From NCBI GenBank assembly GCA_951406725.2, contig OX597828.1:26350001-26414000 (forward strand): a DNA stretch of 64,000 nucleotides, in the 5' to 3' direction. The notes beneath the pieces were generated by a model that was not told the origin of the DNA, searched no databases, and was given only the letters and a program-made list of their open reading frames with translations. The position numbers and the translations under genes were made by a program. This stretch comes from Octopus vulgaris (Eukaryota). The first letter of the stretch is position 1, and every line of letters begins with the position of its first letter. Shown piece by piece: positions 38,493-52,004 of this stretch.

Positions 38493-39829
38493 ATATAATC
38501 ATAAATGAATTCACTCACCAATAAAGAAAACTGAACAATATTATATTCAGCGCCATGCAAATAGATAGAAAGATAGGTAGGTAGTGAAACATTGGCAATC
38601 TTGGAAGAATAAGGAGAAAGTAGGAGAGTGAGGAGGGAGAAATTAATGGTAAAGAAAGTATTCTCAGTGGCCAAACAAAAGATAGCTTTGCTAGCAGAAC
38701 ACGGTTCAAAGGGATTATGGCAAAAATCTATCAGCTCAGAGCATGCCTTTGGCTTAAAAGAAACACAAATTTATCATTTTTTTTTCTAATATTCTTTTAT
38801 TTTTTATTTTTATAGAGTATATTACAAAGAATCCTTTGCCTTTTTCCCATGGAACCTGTATAATATTACTAACCGATGCCGCATGCAAAAAATCTATAAA
38901 AAAACTATCATTTGTTCTATATATTTCTTTAAAATAATTGGAATGCAGGAAGTAAATTACAAATAAATAAATAAACAAGTTATATAAAATGATTTTTTGG
39001 GAGTTTTTGCACCATTTTTAAACTATAAAAATCAAAACAATTATGGCCTGAGTACTTAACGATCTTTAATTTCTCTGCTCTAATCTTGTCTTCTCTTCTG
39101 TTCGGTTTGTTACATTTATGTTTTTTTGTTGTTTTTTTTTTAATGTAATTCTGAAATGACATCCCAAATAATATTTCTTTTATTATAAGGTCTAAATAAA
39201 TTTGCCACTTTATACATGTGTATTTTTTTTTCCCTGGTTCTCTTCTCTCTTTTCTTATCTTCTTTCCTCTCCTCTTTTCGTTGTCTCTCCCTGGATTGTC
39301 TTCTAGTATCCAATGAAGGACAATGGCCAAAATGTTGTACTCACAATTACTAGGGAACTCTTGATCAATCGAGCTATCTCTCTAGCAATAACATTACAGT
39401 CCAATTAACTCTAATGTTACAATCTGCTTTGTAATGGAAATTTTCCCAAGAACAATGATTGTAATGTACATATGTACCAAGTGCATTATTAGATTTTTAT
39501 GTAAACAAACATCTTGATCAGCCAACCAAATAGTTGGTTATCGAATGTAGATTGTACAGTCTGCTTTAATAAACCGTTCTCTCTATTGAACACTGACGAA
39601 TGGAGCATAGACTGACAGAATGATGAACGGCAGAGAAACGAAAGCAAAAGATAAACTTTTGACATGATTTCAATTCCTATTTGAAACTATTTTGCAAACC
39701 AATGTGTGCCACAATTTCTCCCTTCTATAAATCCAAAGCCTTATCTAGTTAAAGGTTTCACACCAATCTGGGGTTTAATGCATGGAAGAGTTTCATTGAC
39801 ATGAGGATTTCAAAAATAGGTTTTAAATG

Positions 39830-39950
39830 TTCAATGGCATCTCGAGGTTGAGTTGTTCTGTACTTTGAGAAAAGTGCCTTCTACTGCAACCCTGGGCCAA
39901 CCAAAGCCCTGTAAGCAGATTTGGTTGCAGGAAACTGAATCAAGTGCATC
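39830..39950 (+). mobile_element. Partial family B SINE
   Basis: aagtgccttctactgcaaccctgggccaaccaaagccctgtaagcagatttggttgcaggaaactgaa. Confidence 0.7.
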
Positions 39951-40579
39951 ATTCATACATACATAGATCAGTTGAAAGATTCATTAAAATCTAGGTATAT
40001 CAAAATGTAGGGCATCAGGATTGGCTGGGCATGTAGTATTGAGCTTACAGTAAGCTGAAGTATCTCAAAATTGCCATTTGTTGCTAGTATACTATGTGTA
40101 TATATATACATATACACACATGTATCTAGATATATAAGTATGTATACACATAGCTGGATACACATATACATAGGTATTCAATCCAATATAAACCATAAAC
40201 CCAACCAAGGGGTGGTTCCAAGTTTAGCATATGTGTGTTCTTTATATGTATTATACACAAATATACTCATTCCACCAGCATCCCTGATCATAAGTCATTC
40301 CTTCTCCACCTACACCACCATCTTCTCCCTTGCCATCCACACAGCAACTCAGCTTTTTGCTCTTCCAGTCATTTCTTTCTCTCCTCGTCTATCGTTTACT
40401 TGGAAGAGCGTAAGCTAGAAATATTTAAGACTTCTTTCATTTTTCCTGAACATAAACATGAGAATACATCCTGTCTGTTGTTCTATCAGCTCATCTTTGT
40501 GTTTTTCTTATTTTGGGCAGTACGTGTGTGTGTGTGTGTGTGTGTGTGTGCACGCAATGCATGTATGACGTAGCAAACA

Positions 40580-40770
40580 AGCATCATCGTCGTCATACGA
40601 GTGATGCTGTTCGTTTCCAGCCTTCTGTGAAAAAATATGTTTGGCCATGGGAAGTATTAACCTTGTTTGAAAAATGGCAAGAATTGGTGGCAGGAAGAGT
40701 GTCCAGCTGGACAAATTCCATCAGGCCCATGTAAGAATGGAAAAGTGGACATTAAATGACGAAGATGACC
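40580..40770 (+). mobile_element. Degraded non-LTR 3' end (RTE-like tail)
   Basis: ttggtggcaggaagagtgtccagc...cccatgtaagaatggaaaagtggacattaaatgacgaagatgac is similar to the shared 3' terminus. Confidence 0.55.
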
Positions 40771-41280
40771 AAATTGAGAAGTTCAATTAACGAAGTTTTA
40801 TACGGCAGAGAAATTTGACTGGTGTTGTTTTATTTATGCAAAAACAAACAGTTATGTAAGAATGTATGAAAGTCATCATCATCATCATCATCATCATTAA
40901 TAGAGACTAAAAGCAAATTAGTAGAATGTGCATCTTCCAACTTAGGTTTAGTCAAAGAAAATTTTATTGGAATTAGTTAAAGCACAGGATTTATTGGTAA
41001 TTAATATATCTGGCATTGATTGAGACATAGTAGCTATTTAGGCAAAGTAATAGCTCTTTAGCAAATAAGCATTCATCTGCATAAATGGTAGAGCGGAATT
41101 AGCAAGGATTAATCAATTTGGATGACATTTACAGCAAGCTGCAAATTGTTTAATGTTTACAAGAGTTTTGGCTTCAAACAAAAAAATGAAAGCAAATTAA
41201 ATTAATATTAAAATTTTGTTTTTAAATAGAAAACTTAAGTATGTGAAGACAAGCATGTGAAAAGTGCATGTGTGTGTGTT

Positions 41281-41329
<49 letters not shown>

Positions 41330-41717
41330 TGTGTGTGTGTAATTTTCTGTTTATTTATATGGTTTTCTAAAGCAAGAAAGAATATTCAAGTAAGGAACTA
41401 AAGAACAATTCTATAATTTCACTTTACAAATTCCATTAATATTAAGGATTTAGTTAATTAAGGCTTTCATTGCTTCTCAACAGCACTGAATTGTCAAATT
41501 TCAAGAGAGAGAAAAAAAATTCCATTTTTAAGTGGCCAAACTATAATTATAGTTAATATCTACAGGAAATTATGAGATGTATGGCATTAGCAAATGCTAA
41601 GGCACAGTTTTCAACAATGCAAATATATAAAAAAATATATATTTAAGATATTAAAAGTATTCAGTCTATATTTTAATTGATAATTGAAAATTTATTTTCA
41701 TTAAAAGCTCATTAAAA

Positions 41718-42110
41718 GGCACAGGCATGGCTATGTGGTACGAAACTTGCTTCTCAATCACATGGTTCTGGGTTCAGTCCCACTGTGTGACACCTTGAGC
41801 AAGTGTCTTCTACTACTGCCTTGGGCTGACCAGAGCTTTGTGGGTGGATCTGGTAGATGGAAACTGAAAGAAGCCCATCGTATATAATATATATATGTAT
41901 ACATTTATGTGTGTGTGTTTGTCCACCACCCACTATCACTTGACAACCGACGTTGATGTGTTTATGTCCCCGTAACTTAGCAGTTCGGCAAAGAGGCTGA
42001 TAGAATAAGCACCGGGCTTACAATGAATAAGTCCCGGGATCGATTTCTTCAGCTAAAAGGCGGTGCTCCAGCATGGCTACAGTCAAATGACCGAAACAAG
42101 TAAAAGAACA
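41718..42110 (+). mobile_element. Family B CORE-like tRNA SINE, best-preserved copy
   Basis: ggcacaggcatggctatgtggta (A-box), gggttcagtccc (B-box), gtgacaccttgagcaagtgtcttctact (CORE-like), internal (TA)/(TG) tract, and a 3' module ending ccagcatggctacagtcaaatgaccgaaacaagtaaaaga. Confidence 0.92.
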
Positions 42111-42472
42111 CAAGAATATAATCTCAAATTAATTAAATTTGTACAAATTAATCAGTCATGTGGAACAGTCTTCCAATGTTTGATTGGCTACGTTTCCAAT
42201 TAAGGATTTACTAATCATAATGAGTTTATCTATAAATTGAAAACAAACATCTTCCGTTATCTGTGTTACACAAAACTGAAATATCTACTCATCCAAAATA
42301 CAGACTACTACTACAAAGAGGGCTTCTTTGCAATTTATTGTAGAAGAGGGAGCGAGGCAGTTTCTTTACTACCCCCTGTATTTTTTTTTTTTGCAGGGGA
42401 GGGGTTGAGCTATTCATTCATTGCAAGACAAATAAACATAAGAAGAATTGTTAAATGAATGCATTAGTAATG

Positions 42473-42474
<2 letters not shown>

Positions 42475-42534
<60 letters not shown>
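42475..42534. repeat. (AGT)n microsatellite
   Basis: Read directly; it produces the poly-Ser pseudo-ORF 42448..42825. Confidence 0.95.
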
Positions 42535-42535
<1 letters not shown>

Positions 42536-42700
42536 AGGGAACTGGAAGTCAGTTTGTTACCATGCAGATGGTTAGCAATAACAGGAGTTATTCAGGAAGC
42601 ATAACAAAAGTTATACCTGAACTTGGTATGGCCTGGTTATACATTATTATTATTATTATTGTTGTTATCATCATCATCATCATCATTATCAATAATGATC

Positions 42701-42733
<33 letters not shown>

Positions 42734-44084
42734 GTAGTAGTAGCAGATTCCAGGCAGCTCAACTCACCAACACATGGCTCAACCAACAAGTTCCAACTGA
42801 AAAAATGGAGGACAGATTTATATGATTCAGCACAGGATAAACGAAAGTATACAAAAATTAAATTAAAAGAATAAAAAGACAAAAAAAAAAAAAAACAAAA
42901 ACAAAAACAGAATAACATAATTTGAAAATAAAATTAAAATAAACATAAATTAAAATAAAAATAACAATAGGCATAAATAAAAAAGAAAATGATAAACAAA
43001 ATAAAAATGTGAAAAGTTCACACACACGCACACACGTGTGTGTGTGTGTGTGATGAAAAGAAAAGGTGAAAATTGAGAAAGTAATATTACAAAAGAAACA
43101 AAAAGAAAAAAGGAAAAGTGGAGAACAAAACATAAGAATGTGATATATTACTGTATTGTATAGATTGATTAAGTTAGGAGAGAAAAATGTGAAGAATAAT
43201 ATGGATGTTGTGAGTGTGTGTGTGTGTGTGTGGGTGTATTCTTATGTATGTGTAAAATTCAACAAAGAATAAGTAAAATAGATTGCGAGAGAGAAAGAGA
43301 GAGAGAATATTCTATTATTTGGTTTACTCTATAGAGTATAAAAAAAAAAAGGGAAACCAATTTCAGTTTGGTTCTGATATAGTTTGGGTCAGGTACATTC
43401 CACATGTTGCAAACCCACATGCATGCACACACACACACGTACATTCACACTCACACATATACACACATGCCCACAGAGAGAGAGAGAGTGTGAGATTAAG
43501 AAGATATATCTGTATGTGGGCATATGTCGCCTGCACACATACAGCCATGTACAAAGAAACATAAGAGGTGAACTCAATTCAGAGAGATGCACAACCCCTA
43601 ACCCTCCCACCCACTGAGATGCTATCATCATCATCATCATCATCAGCAACAACAACAACAACAACATTGTTGTTGTTCTTTAATGCTGGCAACACAGGTA
43701 CGTACTTACTGCCATGCTGTTTCTTTTCCCTTTTTCCAACATCTCTCATTTTTCTTTTTTTTTTTTTACCTTTATCATCCTCATCATCATCAACATCATC
43801 ATTAGTATTATTGTTGTTGTTTTTGTTTTTTCTAATTATAAATAAATAGAATTTTAACAGTCATAATGGTTCCAACTGATTTGTCAAGAAGCAAATAATA
43901 AGATGTGGTGGCGGTGGTGGTGGTGGTGGTGGTGATAAGAATAACAACGCTTGTGTGTGTGTGTGTGTGTGTGAATGCATATATGCGTGTGTATCTAATT
44001 GTATCTATATGTATATAATTTTGTGTTTGTATGTGGGTGTATATGAAGACACACACACACATGCCTACACACTCACACACATAC

Positions 44085-44228
<144 letters not shown>

Positions 44229-45704
44229 CTGGATTCTTGCCAGGATATGAAAAAAATATATTCTCTTAATAAAAACAAAAGCTGCAGGTAAAAAATATAT
44301 AACTAAATAAATAAATAAAAAAAAAATAAAGAATAAAGAAAGATTTTAGAGCATGAAAAATATAAAAAGGAAGGAAAGAAAATGTATATAAGAGAAATGG
44401 AAAGCAAGAAATAAAAAGAATTAGAAAGAAAATCTATCAGAAATAATATAAAACAGCAGCATTTGCTACTGGTCTGGCTGGCTCTGTAATTGCTAAATGG
44501 TGTAAAGAGACAGTGAAATAATAGATTGGCATAGAGTTGATAAATCAGATATAGAATGTAAAGAATAGCAGTTTGAGAGAAAAGCACTAAGTGGCGTCTT
44601 TGGTGTTTGTTTTTTTTTTTTTTTTTTTTTCAAAATTTTTGTCTTGTTTTTACATACACAGAGACAGAAACACACACATACACACACACACACATACACA
44701 CTTACACCATGTTGGTGCATGCATGCACTACCATACATATTTGTGTATGCAAATATATATATATATACAAATGCACCCATGATATGATATGGTGTATGTG
44801 TGTGTGTGTGTGTGTGTGTATGAACCATGTACATTGAACAAAATACTAACTGGCAAATAAGTATTGAAATCTTTTTAGATTCAGTAATCTTCTCTGTCTC
44901 TCTCTCCAGCTCTCTTTCTCTTCACACACACAGACACAGAGTGAGAATGAGTGCTCAACACTACATCTGGTGGGTAAACATTCTTGATTCGCAGACTTAC
45001 AATGCTACCACAGCTGATCCAGAATGGAGAAGAAGATGGATTGCCAACAGTTTTAATTGGAATGCTTGATAATTGAGATGTTTACCCACAAAACCAATGG
45101 TGGTAGTATTGTAAGTCCACACACACACACACACACACACAGAAACCAATGAGTGAAGGAAGTCATGTCATTCTAGAATATTTTTCAGCAGGAGATAATC
45201 TGCCACTAAGAATGGTGGCGGTGGTGGTGGTGGTGGGGGGGTTACGGACAACTGATAGATCAAAGGAAGTATAATAGTTACATGAATGTGTGAATTAGGA
45301 CCTTATATTTATAAAACACAAAGAACTAAAAGCTGATACCATTGCATGGCCCCGCGACCAAAAGGCTGAAACCAGTAAATGAATGCTAGAACAATATTCC
45401 ATCTAAATCTAAGAAGCCCCTTCAATTTTTCAGTTCAAAGGGATAAGAAATCTATGCAATGAGGAAGAAAAACCACCAAGAATGTGGATGCCAAGCATTC
45501 AGAGAAGATTCTTCACTCAAATGATATCTCTATGTAATATTAAATATATTTCTTATCCTCATATGCCACCATCAGTATTTCTATGTTGTTGCTAATCCTT
45601 CTAGAAAAAGTATCCAAATTTTTTCTCAAATTTATTGTCGATAATTGAAGGCTGCATTGGAAAAAGAAGTCCAAAATACACAAGGTTTGAGAGAAAAAAA
45701 AAAA

Positions 45705-46121
45705 GGAAAGAAATATGTAACCTTACATCTTCCTCTTTCCAGATGGTCAAGCCATGTATTCACCTCTTCTTCAGCAAGACACCTGCTCCCGTCCCTCTTT
45801 CAGATTTTCACTATTCCTTAATGTTATACCCTGACTCAGTTGAGGAAAGAAATATGTAACCTTACATCTTCCTCTTTCCAGATGGTCAAGCCATGTATTC
45901 ACCTCTTCTTCAGCAAGACACCTGCTCCCGTCCCTCTTTCAGATTTTCACTATTCCTTAATGTTATACCCTGACTCAGTTGAGGAAAGAAATATGTAACC
46001 TTACATCTTCCTCTTTCCAGATGGTCAAGCCATGTATTCACCTCTTCTTCAGCAAGACACCTGCTCCCGTCCCTCTTTCAGATTTTCACTATTCCTTAAT
46101 GTTATACCTTGACTCAGTTGA
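45705..46121 (+). repeat. Tandem repeat, 3 x 139 bp
   Basis: Units start at 45705, 45844 and 45983 (ggaaagaaatatgtaacc...gactcagttga). The only difference seen is C>T at 46109. Confidence 0.95.
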
Positions 46122-46123
46122 GG

Positions 46124-46345
46124 TGGGGGGTGGCATCTTGTCTTGCAAGTATTTGGTAACCTCACCTGTGCTGATGCCATGAAAAGAAAGCAAGCAGTAC
46201 ACAGAGTGGTTAGGAAGGACATCCACCTTTAGAAACTATACCAAAGCAGACACTGAAGCTTGGCACAGCACTCTGGCTCGTCATTTCATGTCAAACTCTC
46301 CAACCCATGTCAGCACGGATAAAAGAGATGATAATGGTGATGATG
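46124..46345 (+). mobile_element. RTE 3' end, degraded
   Basis: cagagtggttaggaaggacatcca..tagaaactataccaaagcagac...ccaacccatgtcagcacggataa...atgataatggtgatgatg. Confidence 0.75.
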
Positions 46346-46890
46346 TCAAATAGAAGAACACTAACAGCATGCAGTTTATCAGGTCTAACCTCATGGTAAA
46401 ACAACAACATTTAATTCCATACTTGAATTTTTGTTGAATTCTACTGACATAGAAGAATATCCTTAGACTAAGACTAGATTGAATTCATAATATTTCCTTC
46501 ATGAACCAATTATTTCACTCCTGTCTTCTTTTCATAGCTTTCTTTACACCACTCGTCCAATGTTAGATAACAGGTATTAAGAAGTTCTCTATTTCATCTC
46601 ATTAAAATATGTTCAGAAGAGAACAAACAGCAAAAAAGAAAGGAATAATTAACCAAAGAACTTCTAAAAGAATTCTTTGAAACCAGAAACCCAAGTTTAT
46701 TGCATGTGGTTCTACATGATACATGTTGAATATATCATATATTGTTATATCTGCAGAAGAGTTTAGATCTTGTAACCGAATCAGCTAAGAATAACTATCT
46801 GTATGCAAGTACATGCATGTGTGACTATGTGTGCACACTTATATATATATACATACATACATATATACATACATATATATATATATATAT

Positions 46891-46936
<46 letters not shown>

Positions 46937-47706
46937 GGTATCATTAGAAGAAATGTGTTTATTTAGTGAAGAAGCACTTGAAGAATCATTTCCATTTACA
47001 AGAATAATGGTTCTAACATAGAAAAATACCTTCTTCCTTAATTTACTTTAATGGTAAGAATTAATTTTAAACTAATAAAGAAAATGCATGCTAAACAGAT
47101 TTATGATGTGAGCACTGACGGAAATAGATAATTAAAAACAATAAACAAGTGACTTTGCACAGATTCTTGCCATAAATTAACAGTTTAATCGTCAGATTTA
47201 TCAGTTTAACAAAGTTAACAGATTTCAATGAAACAACTTTGAGTAAAGAAATAAAATCTAATAGTAATTTTTTTTTTTATTTCTTCCCCTACTCCACCTG
47301 CACACTCCACCAAATTGGAGCAGACTCTTGAAGAAAATAGGTTACATTAATAAAGTTTAATAGTTTGGAAGGAAAGTAGGAAAAAAAAAAGAGAAAAAAA
47401 AACAAAAAACAAAACGAGAAACTTTGATTTGAATGCAATTTTAAATTTGATCTCCTTTTATGTCAGATTCACTTTTATTTAACCACATAGCAACATGTAT
47501 AATAATTACAGTAATTAATATATCTAATTGCATTGCGAAGAGAAAATGAGTAATTATTACAAAAAGCATTAACGAAAAACAAGGAAAAGACAACTGAAAA
47601 TGACATTAATACCAGAAATAATTCTTTACAAATATTTAGTACTTTCTTACAAACTGTGGATATATTTATGCCATGTGGTTAATATGTGAGGTCACAAGCC
47701 CATAGT

Positions 47707-47740
<34 letters not shown>

Positions 47741-48964
47741 CTAGGTTTGTACTAAAAAGAAAATCCATGTGTTATAGAAATTCCAAAACACCTGTTTACC
47801 TAAATCTAAACATGTGAGCAGGTTATTAAATTCTTTGAATGCAGTGGGAGTAGTATCAACCAGTTCGAATATGACTCTAGAAATAGATGACGTTAATACA
47901 ACGAAAGCATTCTCCTTGGGAACATGGCAACGGGGTGACAGTGGAAAGTACAGATCTGCCACAAAGCAGTTAACACCAACAACCAAAGCAATCTCTTAAT
48001 AGGGATGGATATTTGATTTCCTTCTTCGTTATCCCAGCAGCTTGTTCGCAGACTTGAAGCAATAATTTACAAGCCTTATTACATACGGCTACAGAGTTTA
48101 CTTTTCTTTTTTAATATATTTTTATGGGAATCATAAGGAAAACAGGTCAAAGGAGCAAGATATTAATAATTCTAGATATTAAAAAAAAACAACAACAAAA
48201 AGAAACAAAAAATCTTGGATTGGCGGGTATTATTGTTAATACAAAATACGTAAAGCTACATGGTAAATGGAATCAATACGGAGTGTCATAGAGGAATGAC
48301 CAATAAATCGATACCCAGTTCCAACTATCAATAACTAATAAATCGATAATCAATACTAACTATAAATAGCCTATCAACTGATAATACACAAACCTATCAA
48401 TAACCAATAAAATCAATACAAAATCCAATCCAACCTTGGCTGCTGGTAATTTAAACATAGTTTAACATATCAATAATCTATCACTTTAAAATATTTGTAA
48501 CCAATAGATCGATACATGGTAATTCAAATATTATTATTATTATCATTTCTAGGTACATCAATACATGACAGTTCAAATATTATCCAATGATAAAATCGAT
48601 CGACACTAGTTCAAATGTTACGAACCTTTAGATTATAAATATTGGCTACCAATGACTGGCTGTATCAGTTTCAAGGTTCCAATGTTATAACCAACAGTTT
48701 CTGCTGTCCATGTGCAAACAAGTAAAAGAGGTAAAAATATGTAGACACAGCTTTGACCAACCAACAAGACCAGAACACACATGGCGTTGACCAGCCAACA
48801 AGACCAGAATAGTGATGGCTCTGTTTGGAGGACTCTTTTTCTTAACAGCTTGCTTCTCTCATCTCTCAAATGTCCCTCAAACAACAGTCTAGTCTCTTTA
48901 TAAATGAAGGCTGCATTGGGAAAAATAATTCTAAGTACTAGACAAAGCCAATGTTGAACTCTCA

Positions 48965-49168
48965 AACCAGCCAGATAGTCTCTACCTATTAGAAACAGCA
49001 GCTAAATTTCACTCAAATCACATCCTACTATTTTAACAAAAAGTTACACCATAGATAATATACTCACAAACAGTGGAAAAAAAACTAGGGGGATAGGATT
49101 ACCAAAGGTGAAAAGCCTTTAGCCATAAATCTACTTGATCAAGAATAATTTAAGGTGAGACAACAACA
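48965..49168. repeat. Family D dispersed repeat ending in (CAA)n
   Basis: acctattagaaacagcagctaaatttcactcaaatcacatccta ... agcctttagccataaatctacttgatcaag ... acaacaac. Confidence 0.55.
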
Positions 49169-49348
49169 GTACCAGTTGCAAATTCTCTTACACACAAAAA
49201 GAAAAACCCCAGTTAAGCCCAGTTTGACCTCTATCACATCTTGTAAGGTTACTTACTTAAAGGTCCTTCAATTTGGTTTACTTTTTAATTCTTTCAAGAA
49301 ATAAGAAATGTTATGACAAGTGTTTTTTTTTAAATTTTTAATGGTTTA

Positions 49349-49570
49349 GGCACAGGAGTGGCTCCATTTGAGAAGCTTGTTTTCCACTCACATGGTTTTA
49401 GGTTCAGTCCAACTGTATGCCACCTTGGACAAGTGTCTTCTACTATAGCCCTAGATCAACTAAAGCCTGGTGGAAATGATTTTGTCGATGGAAACTGAAA
49501 GAAGCCCTTCATGTGTGTGTTTGTGTGTGTAAGTGCTTGTATGTTTGTGCCTCCTTGTCTTGACATTGAT
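49349..49570 (+). mobile_element. Family B SINE, 5' half
   Basis: ggttcagtccaactgtatgccaccttggacaagtgtcttctactatagcc...gatggaaactgaaagaagccc followed by (TG)n. Confidence 0.82.
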
Positions 49571-49816
49571 TGCTTGTTGCATTTCAGATGAGAAAAACAA
49601 TCAAGGGTTGTGATGAAAGCAAAGGGTAACCATTTTGGCTCGTAAATTATATGTAAAATATTGTCAATATAACAATCAACCAGTAAACTTTCATTAACCA
49701 AAACCCAAAACTTTTTAATTTTATGGTAAAATGATTAATAGGTACAAATATATGCCACACCCGGTGTGTGTGTGTGTGAGAGAGTATTTATATATATATA
49801 TATATTTATATATATA

Positions 49817-50190
49817 GGCACAGACATGGCTGTGTGGTAAGATGTTTTCTTCTGAACCACATGGCTCCAGGTTCAGTCCCACTGCATGACAACTTGGGCA
49901 AGTATCTTCAACTATACTCTTGGCCTGAACAGAACCTTGTGAATGGATTTGGTAGACAGAAGCTGAAAGAAGCACATTGCACTTTGACAATTGGTGTTGG
50001 TGTGTTTACATCTCTGTAACTTAGTGGTTTGGCAAAAGAGACTAATAGAATAAATATCAGGCTTAAAAAGCAACAACAAAAACAGAAAGAAATAAGTACT
50101 GGGGGTGGGGGGCAATTTGACCAACTAAAATTCTTCAAAGTGGTGCCCCAGTATGGCCACAGTCAAATGACTGAAAAAAAGATAAAAGAT
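49817..50190 (+). mobile_element. Family B SINE, full length
   Basis: Same head, CORE-like body and 3' module as 41718-42110. Confidence 0.88.
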
Positions 50191-50695
50191 ATATGAGACA
50201 CGGCTGAAAACATTTGCAAAATAAACAGAAAAATGAAAAAGAAACAAGACGAAAAGAGTTGTTCAGTGGTAACAAAACTCTTCTGAGACCTGCTGTTCCT
50301 TTTATTGACAAGACTTGTAATCTAATTTTCCACCAGAAAGACCAAGGAATTCATAAAAATTCAGAAAAAAAAAAAAATAAAAGAGACAAAAAAGGAAAAA
50401 TATACTACCAAAATATTTATGAAATTAACCACAATGGAAAAGAGCGGCTTTAACTAAGATATGGAACCCTCTTAGCTGAATGGAGCAAGTGCTTTGACAT
50501 CTTGGCCACTTGTCCAATACACCTCCTCAGATACAAACGCACAAAACACATTCTCATGGCCTGAGCTAGCAGAGCACAACTAAAAACATCCTATTTAATT
50601 AATGAGTCAGAATCTAGACTTCTGACTTTGAGTCACTGTTCAATATGTGGGCCCTCTAAGGGGTTATGAGTTTGTTTACTTTTTATCTTGAGCCT

Positions 50696-50733
<38 letters not shown>

Positions 50734-52004
50734 AGAGAGAAGAAAGAGTGGGGGGGTCAGTAGGTGAGAAACTCCAAATATCTATAACCAATAGATCGAT
50801 GTTACAGATCCAATGATCAGGAACTAAAAGATTAATATACAGTTCCAAGCATCGCTAACCAAACAGATCAATAGTACTAAATGCCAATAGCCGAAGAATA
50901 AGTGCCCAATGTTTCAATGCGAAAAAAAAGAAAGAAAGAAAAAGAGAGAGAAAAACTAAAACAAATAGAGAAAGAAAAGAAAAAAAATGCTGTACAATGA
51001 AGAACTTTTCCCCGTCATTAGCTTCACTAAGTAAGTGTGGGATAAAGAAATAAATACATAAAAGTCGAAAAAAAGAGAGAGAGAGAGAGAGAGAGAAAGC
51101 AAATAACACCCTCGCCCCACCACACACACACACACGGAGTTAACCAAGGATAACAATAATAATGAGTGATAAGTTCATGAAAAGAGAAGTAAAAGGTATT
51201 CACATCATTAGAATCGGAGTCAAAGATGTCAACTGAGGATGTATATACAGGGTGTATGAATAGAATATAAAGAAAGAAGATAAGGTAATTCTATGAATAT
51301 ATATGTGTGCGTGTGTGTATATATAAATATATAGATATATATATATATAGATAGATATAGATATAAAGTATGTGTGTATATATAATCATATATGTATATA
51401 ATTGTATATGGGTGTACATATCATATGTATGTGTATATATGTACATATATACATGTATGTATGTATGTACATTGTTCGTGTTTTTCTAAGCAAATACAAA
51501 AAAAAACCACACTCATTTGCATGCATATACATCACCACCACCGCTGCCACAATGCAATATATGTTTGAAAAGTCAATAAGAAGCACCAAGTGTCTTCTTT
51601 TTATTTAGTCAACCCCCCCCAAAAAAAAAACACCCCCACCAAAACACCAAGAAGATGCCATCAAATCAACAAGCACAACTTCTGCTACTCTCCCCTCTCC
51701 TTCTCCTCCTCCTCCTCCTCACCACTACCACCACCACCACCACCACCACCACCACCACCACCACCCAAACTACAAAATCTCATACTTGTCAAAAAAATGA
51801 AATTTTAATAAAGATGATTTAGTAGTCTTCAAACAAGAAAATTTAACAAAAGGCTTGCACCAACTCTTTCCTTTGTGTTTTTGTTACCATTTCTACACAA
51901 AAATAGCATATATACATACATACATACAGGTATGCATACACACAGGTATGCATACACACACACACACACACACACATGCATGCAGACATACATATGCATA
52001 AAAA

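Noticed and set aside
45705-46121. CRISPR-like array or repeated ORF (45635..45859, 45979..46182)
   Set aside because: The units are contiguous 139 bp copies with no unique spacers, there are no cas genes and the context is eukaryotic. The repeated peptide is just a product of the tandem duplication.
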